DNA of 64,000 nucleotides. Origin: Octopus sinensis (Eukaryota). Positions within the stretch are counted from its first letter, which is position 1. Each line of letters begins with the position of its first letter. Below are positions 12,631 through 26,733 of this stretch, one piece after another. The notes beneath the pieces were generated by a model that did not search any database, had not been told where the DNA came from, and saw only the letters and a program-made list of their open reading frames with translations. The stretch is taken from positions 46,686,001-46,750,000 of the forward strand of contig NC_043008.1 of the NCBI RefSeq assembly GCF_006345805.1. Reading direction: 5' to 3'. A program made the translations under genes and the position numbers.

Positions 12631-14384
12631 ATTATTGGCGTCAGTAGAGTTTTCTCTATTGCTATTATATTAATTAAACTTATTTACAACGATGAAAATC
12701 ATAGCGTTTTATAGATTATTATACCTCATCTTCATTCTCTTTTGCAACACAAAATGAGTGCTGAGAAGAATTTTACTCGTTCGATCTTTTTTATAGAATT
12801 GGTATAGAGATCGAGTGTGTGTTTCCGATGAGAAACGATTTTGTCCACCATTGGTATTAAAATACATTATACGGGTTACATTTAGACAGCTAAATTTGAT
12901 ATTCATTGGTACAATAAACTAAGCAATTATTTTGATTTTGATAATCTAACTCTGTGGCATTGAGTATACATGATTGTATATCAATACTTTGTATATTTGC
13001 TTCCGATATTTCTGATTTCCTTCAGAAGTGAATATACGAAACACCCGATTGTCCTAAGTTATTTTCACTTGGTCTTCAATCTTCAATAACAGAAATCCGA
13101 AGCGTTTAGAAAAATATCTGTCTAACTATTTTGTCAGGAAAAAATGATGTATTCCTTTCAAGTGCGATAAATTTTAAGCTGTATAACTTTCTCCGTTATT
13201 GTACACAACATTGACAAACAGACACACCTTCACGCTCATATGTATCTACGTAGATGTCTATATACATGTTTCTTTTTATATGGATACAAACACATGCACG
13301 TCTATCTAGGCATCAATCTATATGTGCGTATATATATATATATATATGTGTGTGTGTGCGTGTTCCTGTGCATTGTGGCATGGCAGGAACTAAATTCGTC
13401 TCCTGATATTTTCCGGCAATTTGTTTGCTTTCATCTCTTTCAACGGCCAACGAAATTAATGAGTTAAATAGTATCCTTTGGCTTCTCTCATTAAACCATT
13501 GTAAATACTGTTTTGGTCCAGTTGCCGTCCACAGAAAGTAAAAATTTATACTATTCAAGTATCTTCAATGTATAGTACTTACACATTCACACTCGTCCCT
13601 ATTGTTTTAGTTGCAAATGTATTCCAGTTATCAACATACGAACTCTGACGAAGCCTTTTGCGCAACAAATAATAGGAAACTGAATACTCACAGGTTTTTG
13701 AAAACCGTACGATTAGAGAATGGGCTGGCCGAATCGTCAAAGATACTGTTGGTAATTATGTGTATTATTCCTGACACATCCTAAAAGGAAGACAAAACCG
13801 GATTAAGCACTTGCTGTTTTGCACAAGACGTTTATTGTTACTGTTCTGCTTTCATGATTTCATCAAATATTTATACGTCCTTACAACGTTATCTTAATTA
13901 AATTACAAGAAATCTGATTCGTTGAAATAAAATGTAAAATATCAGTATTGATTATATATTTAAATATATCTGAAAGTTGGGATTAATGCGTATCATAATT
14001 TCTTTTAATTAGATAATTAATTAACTGAATAACTGAACAGACGTCATATTCTATATGATTTCTTACAAGAAATACTGTATTGTGGTTTGAATTCTGTAAT
14101 TAATAAAGAAGTATTTTAACGCAAATATTTGCTTATTTCCTCCTGCCGTATAGATTTGAAAATATTTGACACGGTTGGAGAAATAAAGAGAGAAAGGACG
14201 TGGAATATACCATAAACGGTGATATTTTCTACTGAAATTAGGGTTATTGTAAAAATTCTTTTTATTTCACGGAAATGTAATATGACATTATCTTCGCGCA
14301 CGAAAACGTGAATCTGGTTTTGTCTTTCTAACATAATTCGGATACAAATATAATCCACCTATCTATTATTTTTATTTTTTTATT

Positions 14385-14546
14385 TGTATCAGTCAATAGA
14401 CTGCGGCCATGGTGGGGGCGTTGCCTTGAAAAACTTTACTTGAACGAATCAACCCCAGCGCTAACTTTATCGAACTCCTGCATACTGGCAACGTAAAGAA
14501 TTTAACACGAGTTCTCAAGCGATTGAGAAGATAGACGTGAAAGCAT

Positions 14547-14605
<59 letters not shown>

Positions 14606-14777
14606 CACACACATACACACACACACGTTCTCATATACGACATACCTCTTACAGTTACCGCGTACCAGATCCGAGCCTATAATAGGAGACACCTGCCAAA
14701 GATCTCATACAGTAGAATTGAACACGGAACCATAAAGTTGAGAAGCAAACTGTTTACTATACAGACACACCTGCGCC
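14385..14777 (-). mobile_element. tRNA-derived SINE, family 2 (diverged, with internal (CA)n)
   Basis: Homologous end to end to the 43590-43948 copy. tRNA-like head on the minus strand at about 14700-14777; tail ...gactgcggccatg... at about 14398. Confidence 0.75.
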
Positions 14778-15065
14778 TTGTTAATTTTACGTTTGTTTGT
14801 TTTTTTTTATTTTCAAACGAATCTTCATAAAAGTTCGGGTAGGCGTTAATTGTTTTACTTCCCATCTAAGTACTAATTGTTAGCGCTCATTGTTAGTTCT
14901 GCTTCTACACATGTGAATAACGAGAGAAACCCAAGCCTAATATCAAGTAACTTAATGCATAAACCTCATATGTGTGTTTATATTAAACGAAAATCTTTAT
15001 AAAAAAATCACTTCTCTTAAACCGTGGAGGACATTAGACATCGGTCTATGACTACCTAGAGTAAG

Positions 15066-15280
15066 GGGGTTGAGCTGGTAGAATGGTCAGCGAATGGGTT
15101 AAACTGATTAGCGGTAATCCGTGACTCTTTACATTCTGAGTTCCGTTTCCGCCGTAGTCGACTTGCATTTTATCGTTTCGAGGTCGATAAAACAAGTACC
15201 AGTTCAGCACTAGGTTCAAGGTAACTGACTCAGCCCCTTCCCCGAAATCGCTGACCTGCTGCCAAATGTTGAAACCATTA
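15066..15280 (+). mobile_element. tRNA-derived SINE, family 1
   Basis: gagctggtagaatggtcagc head, ctgagttccgtttccgcc B-box-like motif, and central block ggtcgataaaacaagtaccag. Confidence 0.75.
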
Positions 15281-15329
15281 TACTAATAGAGTACTAATGA
15301 GATGCTTTCATTTCTATTACGTGTGTTTA

Positions 15330-15512
15330 CGCGGACTTTTGTGCCTACTTTCACGCCGCTTGGGAACTAGTGTTGGTTTGGTTATGTTCCTGTAAGCTAA
15401 CGGTCCGGCTAAAGAGGTGGATAAAGTAAGTACAGGGGTGAATTCGTTTCATTAAAATTCTCCAATACGGTGCTGCCCCAGTATGACCGCAGCCTATTGA
15501 CTGAAACCAAAG
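15330..15512 (+). mobile_element. SINE family 2, 3' half
   Basis: gataaagtaagtacagggg central block and tail ggtgctgccccagtatgaccgcagc...gactgaaac match the reverse complement of the 43590-43948 copy. Confidence 0.6.
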
Positions 15513-15659
15513 GGCTGTTGATAGAAGAGTAACATGAGGCCATTTCAAATACGTTGTGTGGTTTATGCAAGGTTTACGAGCTAAACTTAACGATGTTATG
15601 ACTCCTTTTTTGTTCAGCAACAGCTTCATATATCGTTGAACACTCAACGGTGTTGGGGA

Positions 15660-16530
15660 GCATATATGTTAAAATTGGAGCTGAGAAAAAAACCATCGAA
15701 CATTAAACAAGATTTGCATGTCACGTGATGATTCGTGGCCGGTTTCAAAGTCCTGACAGCATGACTGCTTCTCAATGTGCAGTGAACGCTGGCAAGAACG
15801 TAAGATGTGACATTGATAGCTGCACCAGCGGCTATTAAGCCATTCCTCTCAAGCAGGAATGAACCAGACAAACTGACTGCATCCGCACACCGATATGAAT
15901 CTATCAACTGCATAACAAGGTGATGGAAGGTTAGAAACAAGCAATACAGGCTTTGATGAAAATAATGGGTGTTGGAGTCGTCACCATGAGCCTGGCCTAA
16001 ATGAAGACCATACCTACCAATCGCACAAGGCCGAGGAGAACCAATCAAAAAAGGCAAAGAAACTCTTGATTAAACAGAGAGATCTTGTGAGATGGAGATA
16101 ATCCGGCTCTTCTCAGGTGAAGAGATCTTCTGCCAGGGTAGGTTTCACAGAACCCAAAACAAAACGCGGCTTGCCTACAATCCATGTAATGACCCACGTA
16201 TCATGGAAACCGAATTACCTCAAACTGTGAACTTTGAGTGTGTTTCCAGTGACGATGTCATTCGGCTCCACATCTTTGAGCAGAGATTTATGCTCTATTC
16301 AGTCGACAATGTAAAGTTCCCGGACACTGGGGTAAATATCTGGCTACTGTACGGCCATAGGGATGAAAGTAGGATTCGACTACATGCCATGCCTCCAAAG
16401 AGAGTCAAAAGTCGTTATTTGAAAATGCCTGCGATTTCTTTATTCCCTGAATCGTAATCCCATGCACTACTATGCATAACATTTATCCCGAAAACCCGGC
16501 AGGATCATTTCCGTCCGTCTAAGCTCGGAA
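15660..16530 (+). mobile_element. Tc1/mariner transposase relic, maT/DD37D-like
   Basis: ORF 16092-16457 RLFSGEEIFCQGRFHRTQNKTRLAYNPCNDPRIMETELPQTV...CVSSD resembles the WFFSDEKNFxQDxxHNxQNxRWLA...PRVMKTKFP..VMVFGVVSSDG block. The upstream part is frameshifted. Confidence 0.75.
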
Positions 16531-16763
16531 GCGAGAGAGATCATATCTACACAATTAATATGTGACAAGGCATTATAAATAAAAGATTTTATGCACACAG
16601 ACGATTTCAGAATATCGTAGTATTTTAGACGGCATTGTTTCATGAATATATCGAAAAGTGTAATTTATTTGATCTGAAGGAAATCTGTTAATGGGAATTT
16701 GGCTGTCAAAATATAAACTTAAGAGATCTCTGAGGTTTCCCCTTTGCTAGCAAGCCTTCGTAC

Positions 16764-16840
<77 letters not shown>

Positions 16841-19800
16841 ATGTATATAAAGATATTCCCATCAATGTCTTTGTTTGTATGCGAAGAACCGGAGTGTCAT
16901 CCTATTATATCAAATACATCGTCTTATGTGAATACGCTTATGTAAATGAGTGATATCAGCAAAATTATATATACGCGTGTGTGTGTTTGTGTATTTTAGA
17001 ATATATTATAGGTAGTGTGTAAAGTGACACACATACACACAGATAAATATAATGAAGGAGAGGAGTAACAGAGAGTATTGCGTGCATGCGTGCAATCATA
17101 TATATGAGTGTGTACATAGCTGTCTGTGTGTATAAACATATACGTACGCGCACACACACACATACACACACACACACACACCACACACACACACACATAT
17201 ATATATATCTCTCTCTCTCTATATATATATATATTATTAGAAACGGAAACATTAGGAATGTTAATGCTGGGCTTGTTTCCTTCTGCTAAAGTAAAGAAGT
17301 GATATGGTGTTACAGAAGCAAAATTATTGGTAAAAACATCAGAGCAAGATTAGTCAACGTTTTCTCAAAGGAGTTTCAGAATGACAAATATAGATTTATA
17401 TTTCAACATTATCTTGAAAGAAAAGCTATTGATTTCCCGAAGAATGACTGGTCATAGAATGAGTGATGTTTGGTAGAAGTTCAAACAGCATATTCGAAGA
17501 TTCAGATTTTAAACATCAGTACAGATACGAAGGTAATTTCTTAGACACGAGATTAGATAGCGCACTGGAAAATGGGCCTCTATTGCAATCCTGACGAAAA
17601 AATCATATGTATTAATATGTGCACCAAGCCAATCATAATAAATTTCAGTGTTTAGTTTTTACGTAGATTTTTAATGTGCATGTGTTTGTGTATGCGTATG
17701 TGTGTGTGCGTGTGTGTACAACATTATCTGTCCCTGAGTAATCATTGAAGAGCAAATTCTAAGGGGCCAGACCGTTTCCCTTTCTACGTTGAAATTGTGT
17801 AGATACTAGAAACAGTGCTGAAGTTAATATTCAGTGTAACCAGAGCAATTGTTTCGATATTTATTGAAGTAAAATGCAACAAATCAAACACAACGGGAAA
17901 AACGTCATCGTAAACATTAATGCATTGCAAGATAAAATCATAACGGAATGCGACCAGGCATTGATTTACAAGCACTGGAAACGTATTGGGTTAAAACGTA
18001 GAACTAAAATGAATAGGAAAAAGAGGTAATATGCATCGATACGCTCGGTGTCCAAACAATAATTTATAGAAGTCTCAGTTGAACGCTCAATGAATTAATG
18101 AGATCAGACGGGTAAAATAATTACATTCAGAATACATGAAACAAAATCTGACATAGAAGTTTATTTACCTGCAAAAGAGATAATTACAGCGACACTGTTG
18201 TTATAACTATTATGCGACAAAATATCTATTATGAATTATCCACAGTAGAACTACAAATATGACAAGCAGAGAACTAACAGATAATATAGCAGATTATTAC
18301 AAGGCTCGAAAAAAAAGAAAACTTATTTCTTTCTCTAAGACAAATGAGAAAACAGGTAATCCCGAAGAGAAATAACTACAGTTCTTGTGAAATGTTTATA
18401 AACTCTTTTAATAATGAGGCTAGAAGTTGTCATGGTAAAAAGATTCCAAAATGTCCGCCACGTGGGTTGCACCGAACAAACTAAACGAAATGGGAATAGG
18501 AAAAAATTCACAACGCTAAACACCATTATTTCTTAACTAAAGACGAACCATATAGCAATGATTAAGATAAAACCCTCTGCATTTATTGTGAACCCTGCTT
18601 GGTGCACACTGAAATATGATAAAACCCTGGATGCGACACCTGACCTGGAGAATATAAGCCTCTTTGAAACTATGTTTTTTAAAATCACACTGAATGTGAA
18701 AGCGGAGTACACGAGACACATGTTCTGTGTGGTTAGCATCGTTCATAGACACCCACCCCACTAAGAACTGCCGTTAGAAACAAACTGCAAGAAACTCATT
18801 TGTGCTAATCTTTATGAAGCTGGAATTACTTAGCGGGAAGACACACTATTCAACAATGATTAAAAAAACGTATTGATTAACAGCTCAGCTTGGTATAATT
18901 CCTTACGCATTGTCTAGAAGTAGATTTCATCCCCTCAAGCATTTTCCGCAACAAAGAATTTTTTCTAGTCTGAGTTGTATCAATTATTTCTGATCTTTGC
19001 GATAAAGGTTAAAAAACTTCAATACGGAAACCCACTAAAACCATACACTGAAGAACAATGAATTATTCAGCTGTGGAACATATGAAGGTGGAAGGGAGGT
19101 AATCAATTAGATCGCTGCGGTTGCTTAGTTTTAAGACGGAGAATATGAGGGCATCTCCGAATTGGATCTTCCATATCAACAAAGAAAGAGAGGTATGGAC
19201 GTGCATCAAAAATATCTCAGAGAATATCAAAATTACTATATTCTGGAATATCTTAGTGCCTGGAAATTAAAGTTAATCTACACTTAATACAATATGAGTC
19301 CCGTTAGAATACTTTCGCCATAAATTATATTAAAATTAGTGAAGTAGTTTATACATAAATCCATCCTGGCAGAAAACACTAGCATCCCTATAAATTTAGT
19401 AGATGATTGATTAGATTCGTAATCACATACAAGATGGAAACATATATGAGTTACAAGGATAAACAACGTAACGAAAACAAATGATTTTTGGGGCCGTTCC
19501 CAAATTAGGTAAAGAAATACGAAATCCCTATGAAATTTTACACACGGTGCGCGGGGCTATATTTTTTCGTCACATTTTTAGTATTTTACAGATGTGTTCA
19601 TTCGTCTCAGTTTCATTAACTCTCACGCCAAAATCCTATTTTATCTCAATTATATTCCTTCTAATCCCTATAATCAATTCCTACTAATTCCTATAATCTA
19701 AAACACCATACCGTCCCTGAGATCATCTGCCATATCAATTTCCCCCCAAATTACTTTCCAGATCTGTAGTTTTGTAGATTTTCCTCAAGGTGATCAGTAA

Positions 19801-21360
19801 ACATACGAATCTCAACAACCAGTGAGGCCTCAGACAAAAGAAAGAAGAAAAAAAAACAAGAATTTCACGTTCTTCCTTTTGAATTCTCGTGAATGTGGTT
19901 TAGCAGTTCTTATTTCAATGAAGATCGCATAATTAAATATTGCTTTAATCATTCTCAAATTAAATTAAGCATTCTCTTTTAGACAATATTCCTCCAGCTT
20001 TCAACAGGTGCATTGGCGTCTTTCTGATCCTAAAATAACCTGAAGAATTTCAGTTCTAGGTATCCTGTTAAGTCCAGCTGCAAAAGTACGAAGGATGACC
20101 AACTTGCATACCAAACACAATTTGCAGTTTCAGCTTATTGTTCGATTTAATTGCTGGTTGATTACTTCTCTCACTCGAAAGCAATATTAAGTAACACCTT
20201 CCAGTAAATTTCTCCTATTTCACAATTCATTTACTCATTCAATAGACTGGTCATATGCTTATGGCAAACAGGATTCTCTTCACAATTTCCTACATTTGTG
20301 TTAAAGCAATCCTGAGACATTAGTTTGTCAACAATTGGTGCAATGAAGTGAGAATGTTGAATGTCAGACGACCGTACTAATGAAATAATTTGAACTTACC
20401 AAACAGGAACACCCTCTCTTCTAAACAGTTTTAATGAAACAGTCTTCGACAAAAGGCTCATTTGCATTATATACGCCATTATTGAAATAACTCTTAATTT
20501 CGTATAATCATCTTGCATGATGCAACGATATCTTTCCTATATATTCTTTTCGTTTTGGTATAAATCATTTCGATGTTTCCGCTTTGAAAACGGAGTTGGG
20601 TTTTATTAGGCTTTCTCTATAATTTTTTCTAAATACGATTTAGTAGCAAAAGTATTTTGTAAACTTTCTTTGTAAATTGTAACTCTTTCGTGAACATTAG
20701 CTATTGTTATACTGTTAAGTTCCTCACATGCGCGCGCATATACACACGCACACAGTCTCACACACACACACACACACACACATACACACACACATTATAT
20801 TTATAATCGATATTTCTCTTGACCGTTCTCTAATACTTTAGCATTACATTTGTCTCTTCATTTCGAAAGCAAGAACTATAAACTTAACTTCTGTCAGTTT
20901 ACAGTTCTAGTTTCCGACATGATATTCTTTTATTTTTATTGGAGGTGGGGCATTAAATAATAATCTTATTTAATTTCTCCAGGTTAACTCCAGGTTAAAT
21001 TTCGGCCATGTTCTTGTCATTGCTGTCATCTTCCTGTCACATTCAAAACATTGATACATTTTTTTCTTCTACGTGATGTACCTCAATAATTTCCTCCATG
21101 GAAAGGTACGCTGGCTGCCGTTACCGAATGCTGCCAGCCTGACACGTCTTGGTCTGTGAGTCATTTATCGAGAAAAGTTTTAGTCGACTGCGATGGTAAG
21201 AAATTCTTCTTTGACATTTTATAAGAACAAATATATTAAGAGGTAAGGTACAAATTTAAGAAAATGCACACCTGCATAGACCTGTATGGGAATATCAATT
21301 GACTTCATCACTGTGCACACGAAAAAGGAGATGCAATAAACCGTGCGAATTCATAAATGC

Positions 21361-21400
<40 letters not shown>

Positions 21401-21431
21401 TTGTGTGTATGTATAATATATATATACACAC

Positions 21432-21496
<65 letters not shown>

Positions 21497-21769
21497 ATAT
21501 ACATTGACAATATTGCGTATTATTATACATCTTTGCATTTAGTTATTCATTTGGCATCCAGCTGAGTTGGATCACCATTGATAAATAAAAGAAAATATCC
21601 ATCATCGCTATGAACACAATAAGTGACTAACCTACACATATTCCATGTATTTCACTACCACAGTTTTGTATATTTCGCTGTTTATAAACGTGTATATACA
21701 GAGAAACATGCATACATACATATATGGAATCACATGTCTGTCTATATTTATAAATACATACATACATAT

Positions 21770-21803
<34 letters not shown>

Positions 21804-21842
21804 CATACATACACATATATATATCGACATATAAATAGATAA

Positions 21843-21883
<41 letters not shown>

Positions 21884-21893
<10 letters not shown>

Positions 21894-22120
21894 TATTCGA
21901 GACAAAACCACTATTTTGCAAAACAAACAAGGAAAGACTTAATTAATACATAAAATTTTAATAATTTTATGTATTAATTAAGTCTTTCCTTGTTTGTTTT
22001 GCAAAATAGTGGTTTTGTCTCGAATAATATTTTATAATATTTTACTATAAAATCGATTTAATCCTAAATCTGATTTTTTCCCTGTAAATTTGGATTTATT
22101 CCCTAATATTTATTATTTAT
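21884..22120 (+). mobile_element. PLE-type repeat end with a 5' fold-back forming a perfect 74-bp palindrome
   Basis: 21963-22120 is nearly identical to 63178-63325. 21884-21957 is the exact reverse complement of 21963-22036. Flanked by (TA)n on both sides. Assignment to PLEs is an inference. Confidence 0.7.
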
Positions 22121-22681
22121 ATATATATATATATAATATATATATATATATCTACATATAAAGACATATGCGTGCACCTAAATAATGAACGTACATAATA
22201 TATTCCTGGATGCATATAGACAGACATACAAGCTTACATTCGTGTCAGCACGTCTGTGATTTAGAGCTTAGAAAATTATTGAGGACACTCTTACAAAGCA
22301 GGAAGATAGAAAGTAAAGATTGTGAACAGATTGAGATGATTGATTTCTCTCCTGAGAAACGTTTTATTTCATATGTAAATTTGTTATCCTAAACCTACAC
22401 ATAATTGCTTCAGAAGTGAATTCATTTCCCATTCAGTAGTATATATTTGATTATTGTGAGCTTAACTCGATAGATGGACAGACTCGTCACGTATCCTATA
22501 TATTATGTTTAGTCAATGACACAGACAGATACATATAAATGCAAGAACAGCTATAAAACACACATATGCACACACACACGCGCGCGCGAGCACTAATACA
22601 CATATGGCTTTATATTTATATCTTTCTATCTAAGTCAATATATAAGTGTGTGTATGTTTACATTTATATCTTTCTATCTCA

Positions 22682-22722
<41 letters not shown>

Positions 22723-25504
22723 CTGTTATATATTCATAACGTACATCCATATTTGTAGTTGTGTGTGTATATATAATATACGTATATACATATGTGTGTG
22801 CATGCATGTAATTACGCATGTATTTATGAATAACGTACTAATGTTTGGAATTATCTTTAAATATATGTGTATATATGTGTGCATTGCTCTGAGGTTCATA
22901 TGTAATTCAATGGAATTTAGAATAAGTATATAAATACGCGTGCTTTTCTTTCAACCTTCAACAACAAAGTACAATTGACGTAATAATAAAAAAATGCAAC
23001 TCGTGATATTCTCCGGTTTGTAGAAATTTACATATTTACACATACCCCATAGAAAATATCTTGAATATCCGCACATAATATATAATCGATCTGTTGGAAA
23101 AGATTAATATTGTGATCCAGGAATGGTATATTTTATGTCCTGACTAAATCTTCCAATTTTTAGATTCTATTTCAAGCATTTTAATGATCAGCGAAGAAAA
23201 GATTCATCTAACTCACAATGATTTATGTGTATTAAATTTCTTTCCAGCAGAGATTTTATCAAATTATTTTAGAAAATCTAAAGACCATCCTGCTTTTGAT
23301 TTTCATTTTTAGCTATAAAGGCCAACAAATGACTGAAATCTATAGGCATTCCTGAAAGTAATTGGTTCTTTCATCGGAAATATTTATGTACATTTCTTTA
23401 CGTGACTTTACATCTGTTGTGTAATGGAAATAACTCACCCTTCCAATAAATAGCCTTTCCTTAAAATTGCTATATGACGTACCCTTTATCGCTGTGCAAA
23501 TCCCATGTAGTTTGCTATACTAATTATAATTAATTCTTATGATCCTACATCACAGCACAAAACACCCAAACTTGAAAAATTATTTGATATTTCGATTTGC
23601 GTAAATTTTAATAAACGTCTTGCATGATATCGAGGAACCCGTACTAGGATATCCTTATGTCGTGGAAATATAAAGTGCATTATAGGCAAGATCTCATTTC
23701 ATATGAGAATGATGTATCATTCTTGTATGAAAATCTTAAATTATATCAGGCTGATAAACATTGTAGGAGTTTCTCCATCAAAACAAGATAAACTGCATGT
23801 TTTTCAACAATGCTAAACGCAGCTGGAAATCCAATGCACGTCATGATTGCATATGCTAAGAAAATGTTCAGTATCTTATGTTAAATATTATTTGCGCTGG
23901 CTGCATTTGGTATTGGGCCAGGAAGTTAAATGTTTAAAAGAGTGTAGAAACATCCTTTTTCAACTTCCCTTCTGTTAACGACGTTTTATTTCCTTAGTCA
24001 TCATCCTGGCTTTTCTATCGAGCATTTTTGTCATTTCTTGTATAGATTCGAGTAAATACAAATTGTATTAATGTCAGTGCTTAGGGATGGATATTATACT
24101 GAAGTAGCAAACACTTCTGTTTCTATTGTGTTCCTGTTGGTGCAATGTAATAATAAACGTGAAGGAAAACATAGCGTAGCGCAAATTGTCCAATATTCCA
24201 ATATTCACATAAAGTTTCTAACATTTATTTGTAGCTGTTAAGGCATCGCGTACTAAACAAGAGGAGAAGAAGCTCAAAGTTTATTGATTTTTTTTCCTGT
24301 CATCAGAAATAAGCAACGATTTTTGCATGGATCTGATTGAAAGATACTGATTGAATCTAGAGTATGGTTTTCGGAATAAAACATACACTGCCGCAGAAAC
24401 TGCAGCCTAACAAAGTTTATACATAGCACTTGGACATGCTGTTCACGTGAAAAATAAATAACATGTGTCGTACAAAAGATACATCCGCGTGGAATTAAGG
24501 TGCAAGATATTCTTTCGCTAACAATATTTAATTAAATATGCAATCTCAGTATAAAGCTATCGAAATATTACATTCCACGAAGGAAAAACAATAAATATAC
24601 GTAGCATTTATGATCGTTCGTTTATCATTTTCGAATATAAAATGAAACATCAGTTCCTAGGTTACTATCAGCTTGTATTCTAGAATAAAGCGTGCAGTGA
24701 CAGACTTAGGAAACTATATATTTAGAAATAAAACAATATGTAATATAAACACATATTGATTAAAGATGGATTTTCAAGCATATTATCGTTTTGTGAATAA
24801 TATTTAATTATAATTCAGCTGTGGGAATATTATTGTCAGTTGATCAAACAGACTCGACAACCAAATCAATTTATCAGCAATCATCAAATGATGAGACAGA
24901 AACTAATGATATAATGTAATATTCGAAATGTGTGTTGATTGAGTAGTAACGTATTGAGATAACTGTCAGAGAAAACATTTAATTTGTCTACAACACCAGT
25001 TCAAATCCCGTCAGGTACACAAACTGCTCTGCAACTATTACAAGCAAGTCTACTGGTCGATTTCCGATCAATAATATAAGTGCGTGTCATATAATTTGTA
25101 ATACATTTGAATATATGTCTTCGATGATGCAATCTATGTCGTAGCCGGCTGAGTGAGGCCATGGCGTTTTAAATGATTGCCCGACATATAATTACAATTT
25201 AAAGAGATTTACTGTTGCTATTCACGTATAACATTCTGAAATTTTATAAAGTGAATTTGCTACCACATATACACACGCAGATCCCCAAATTAGCACACAC
25301 ACATACACACGCACACACTCGAATGCGTTTATATATGTGAGTATACATATACATATATATATATACATATATATAAATAAATATATATATACATATATAT
25401 AAATATACATATATATAAATATACATATATATAAATAAACATATATATAAATATACATATATATATATATACATATATATAAATAAACACATATATAAAT
25501 ATAC

Positions 25505-25564
<60 letters not shown>

Positions 25565-25767
25565 CATAAAAAAATATATATATATATATAAATAAATATA
25601 CATACATATTGCCTGGATTGTGCTCAAGTACTCTGGTTTTTCTGGCAGTCCCTTTTAAAGTTCGAGGAATAGCTAAGATTCTTTGACTGCTATTTCTAAA
25701 CTTCGGTATGTGGTGAAGCAAACCTTTGCTGAACCCTGATTATAAAGTATTACTTAAGCATACATAC

Positions 25768-25839
<72 letters not shown>

Positions 25840-25841
<2 letters not shown>

Positions 25842-26672
25842 AATATGTGCATGCTATCAGCATGCAAAACTAAATGTAATACCCAATAAATACACTGGAC
25901 CTGGAGGGATTGCAATCCCAGAGACACGATCAGTGCGAGACCTGGGTATTTACATAAGTGATGATGCAACTTTTCATGTGCATGTAGGCGGCTGACCGGA
26001 TGGATTCTTAGAACAAGAGACCAGGAAACCATGATGGTCCTCTGGAGGACACTTGTCCTAAGCCACTTTGACTATTGCTCTCAGCTATGGTCACCATCCA
26101 GTGTCAAGTTGATCACAGAACTTCAGGCGATCCAACGTAGCTACACGAAGAAGATAGCTTCTGAGCAGCATAAAAGCTACTGAAAAACACTCAAGAAATT
26201 AAGACTCTATTCTTTAGGCGAGAAAGATATGCCATAATATGCATCTGGAAGATCCTAGAAGGATTTGTCCCAAACTTTGGCATCGAGAGTTACACAAATG
26301 CTAGAACTGGGCGCCACTGCATGGTGCCAAGGACTCCAAATTTGCCATCAAGATGTAGGACAAGATACTGTGATAGCCTGGGCTTCAGAGGCCCACAGCT
26401 CTTTAATATCCTCCCGAAGAACCTGAGAGACATGCATGGGGTGGATGCAGATGTCTTTAAAATAAAACTGGATTTATTCCTGTCAGGTGTCCCAGATGAA
26501 CCAACTTCACGGCAGGAGGTGCAGATGAGGGCAGCTGCATACAACTCTTTCATGCACCAAATAGCAATTGCTAAAAAGCATTCGTGAAGTAAAATCATGT
26601 AGCAATACCAAATGGCGGTGCCCCAGCTTGGCCACAGCTCGTGAGCTGAAACTAGATAAAATAAAACAAAAG
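25840..26672 (+). mobile_element. CR1/L2-group LINE 3' fragment
   Basis: Translates across stops as GIAIPETRSVRDLGIYISDD...LTGWILRTRDQETM..LWRTLV.SHFDYCSQLWSP...LQAIQR...IWKILEGFVPN...SLGFRGPQLFNILPKNLR...FKIKLDLFL, then a 3' UTR and A-rich tail. This is a typical CR1/L2-group RT C-terminus. Confidence 0.85.
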
Positions 26673-26701
26673 TAAATACATATATATACACACACACACA
26701 C

Positions 26702-26733
<32 letters not shown>

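Noticed and set aside
18533-19250. Possible APE endonuclease relic (VSIVHRHP) or host exon
   Set aside because: One short motif, with no supporting frame or splice context.
19950-20560. Possible hAT (SPIN/GTF2IRD2-like) transposase relic on the minus strand (EPFVEDCFIK, HCTN)
   Set aside because: Only short, weak motif resemblances across many stops. A tBLASTn search would be needed.
23700-24140. Moderately complex sequence considered as a host exon (GPCR-like or transposase-like)
   Set aside because: All frames have stops within short distances and no recognisable domain. A small exon cannot be excluded without RNA-seq.
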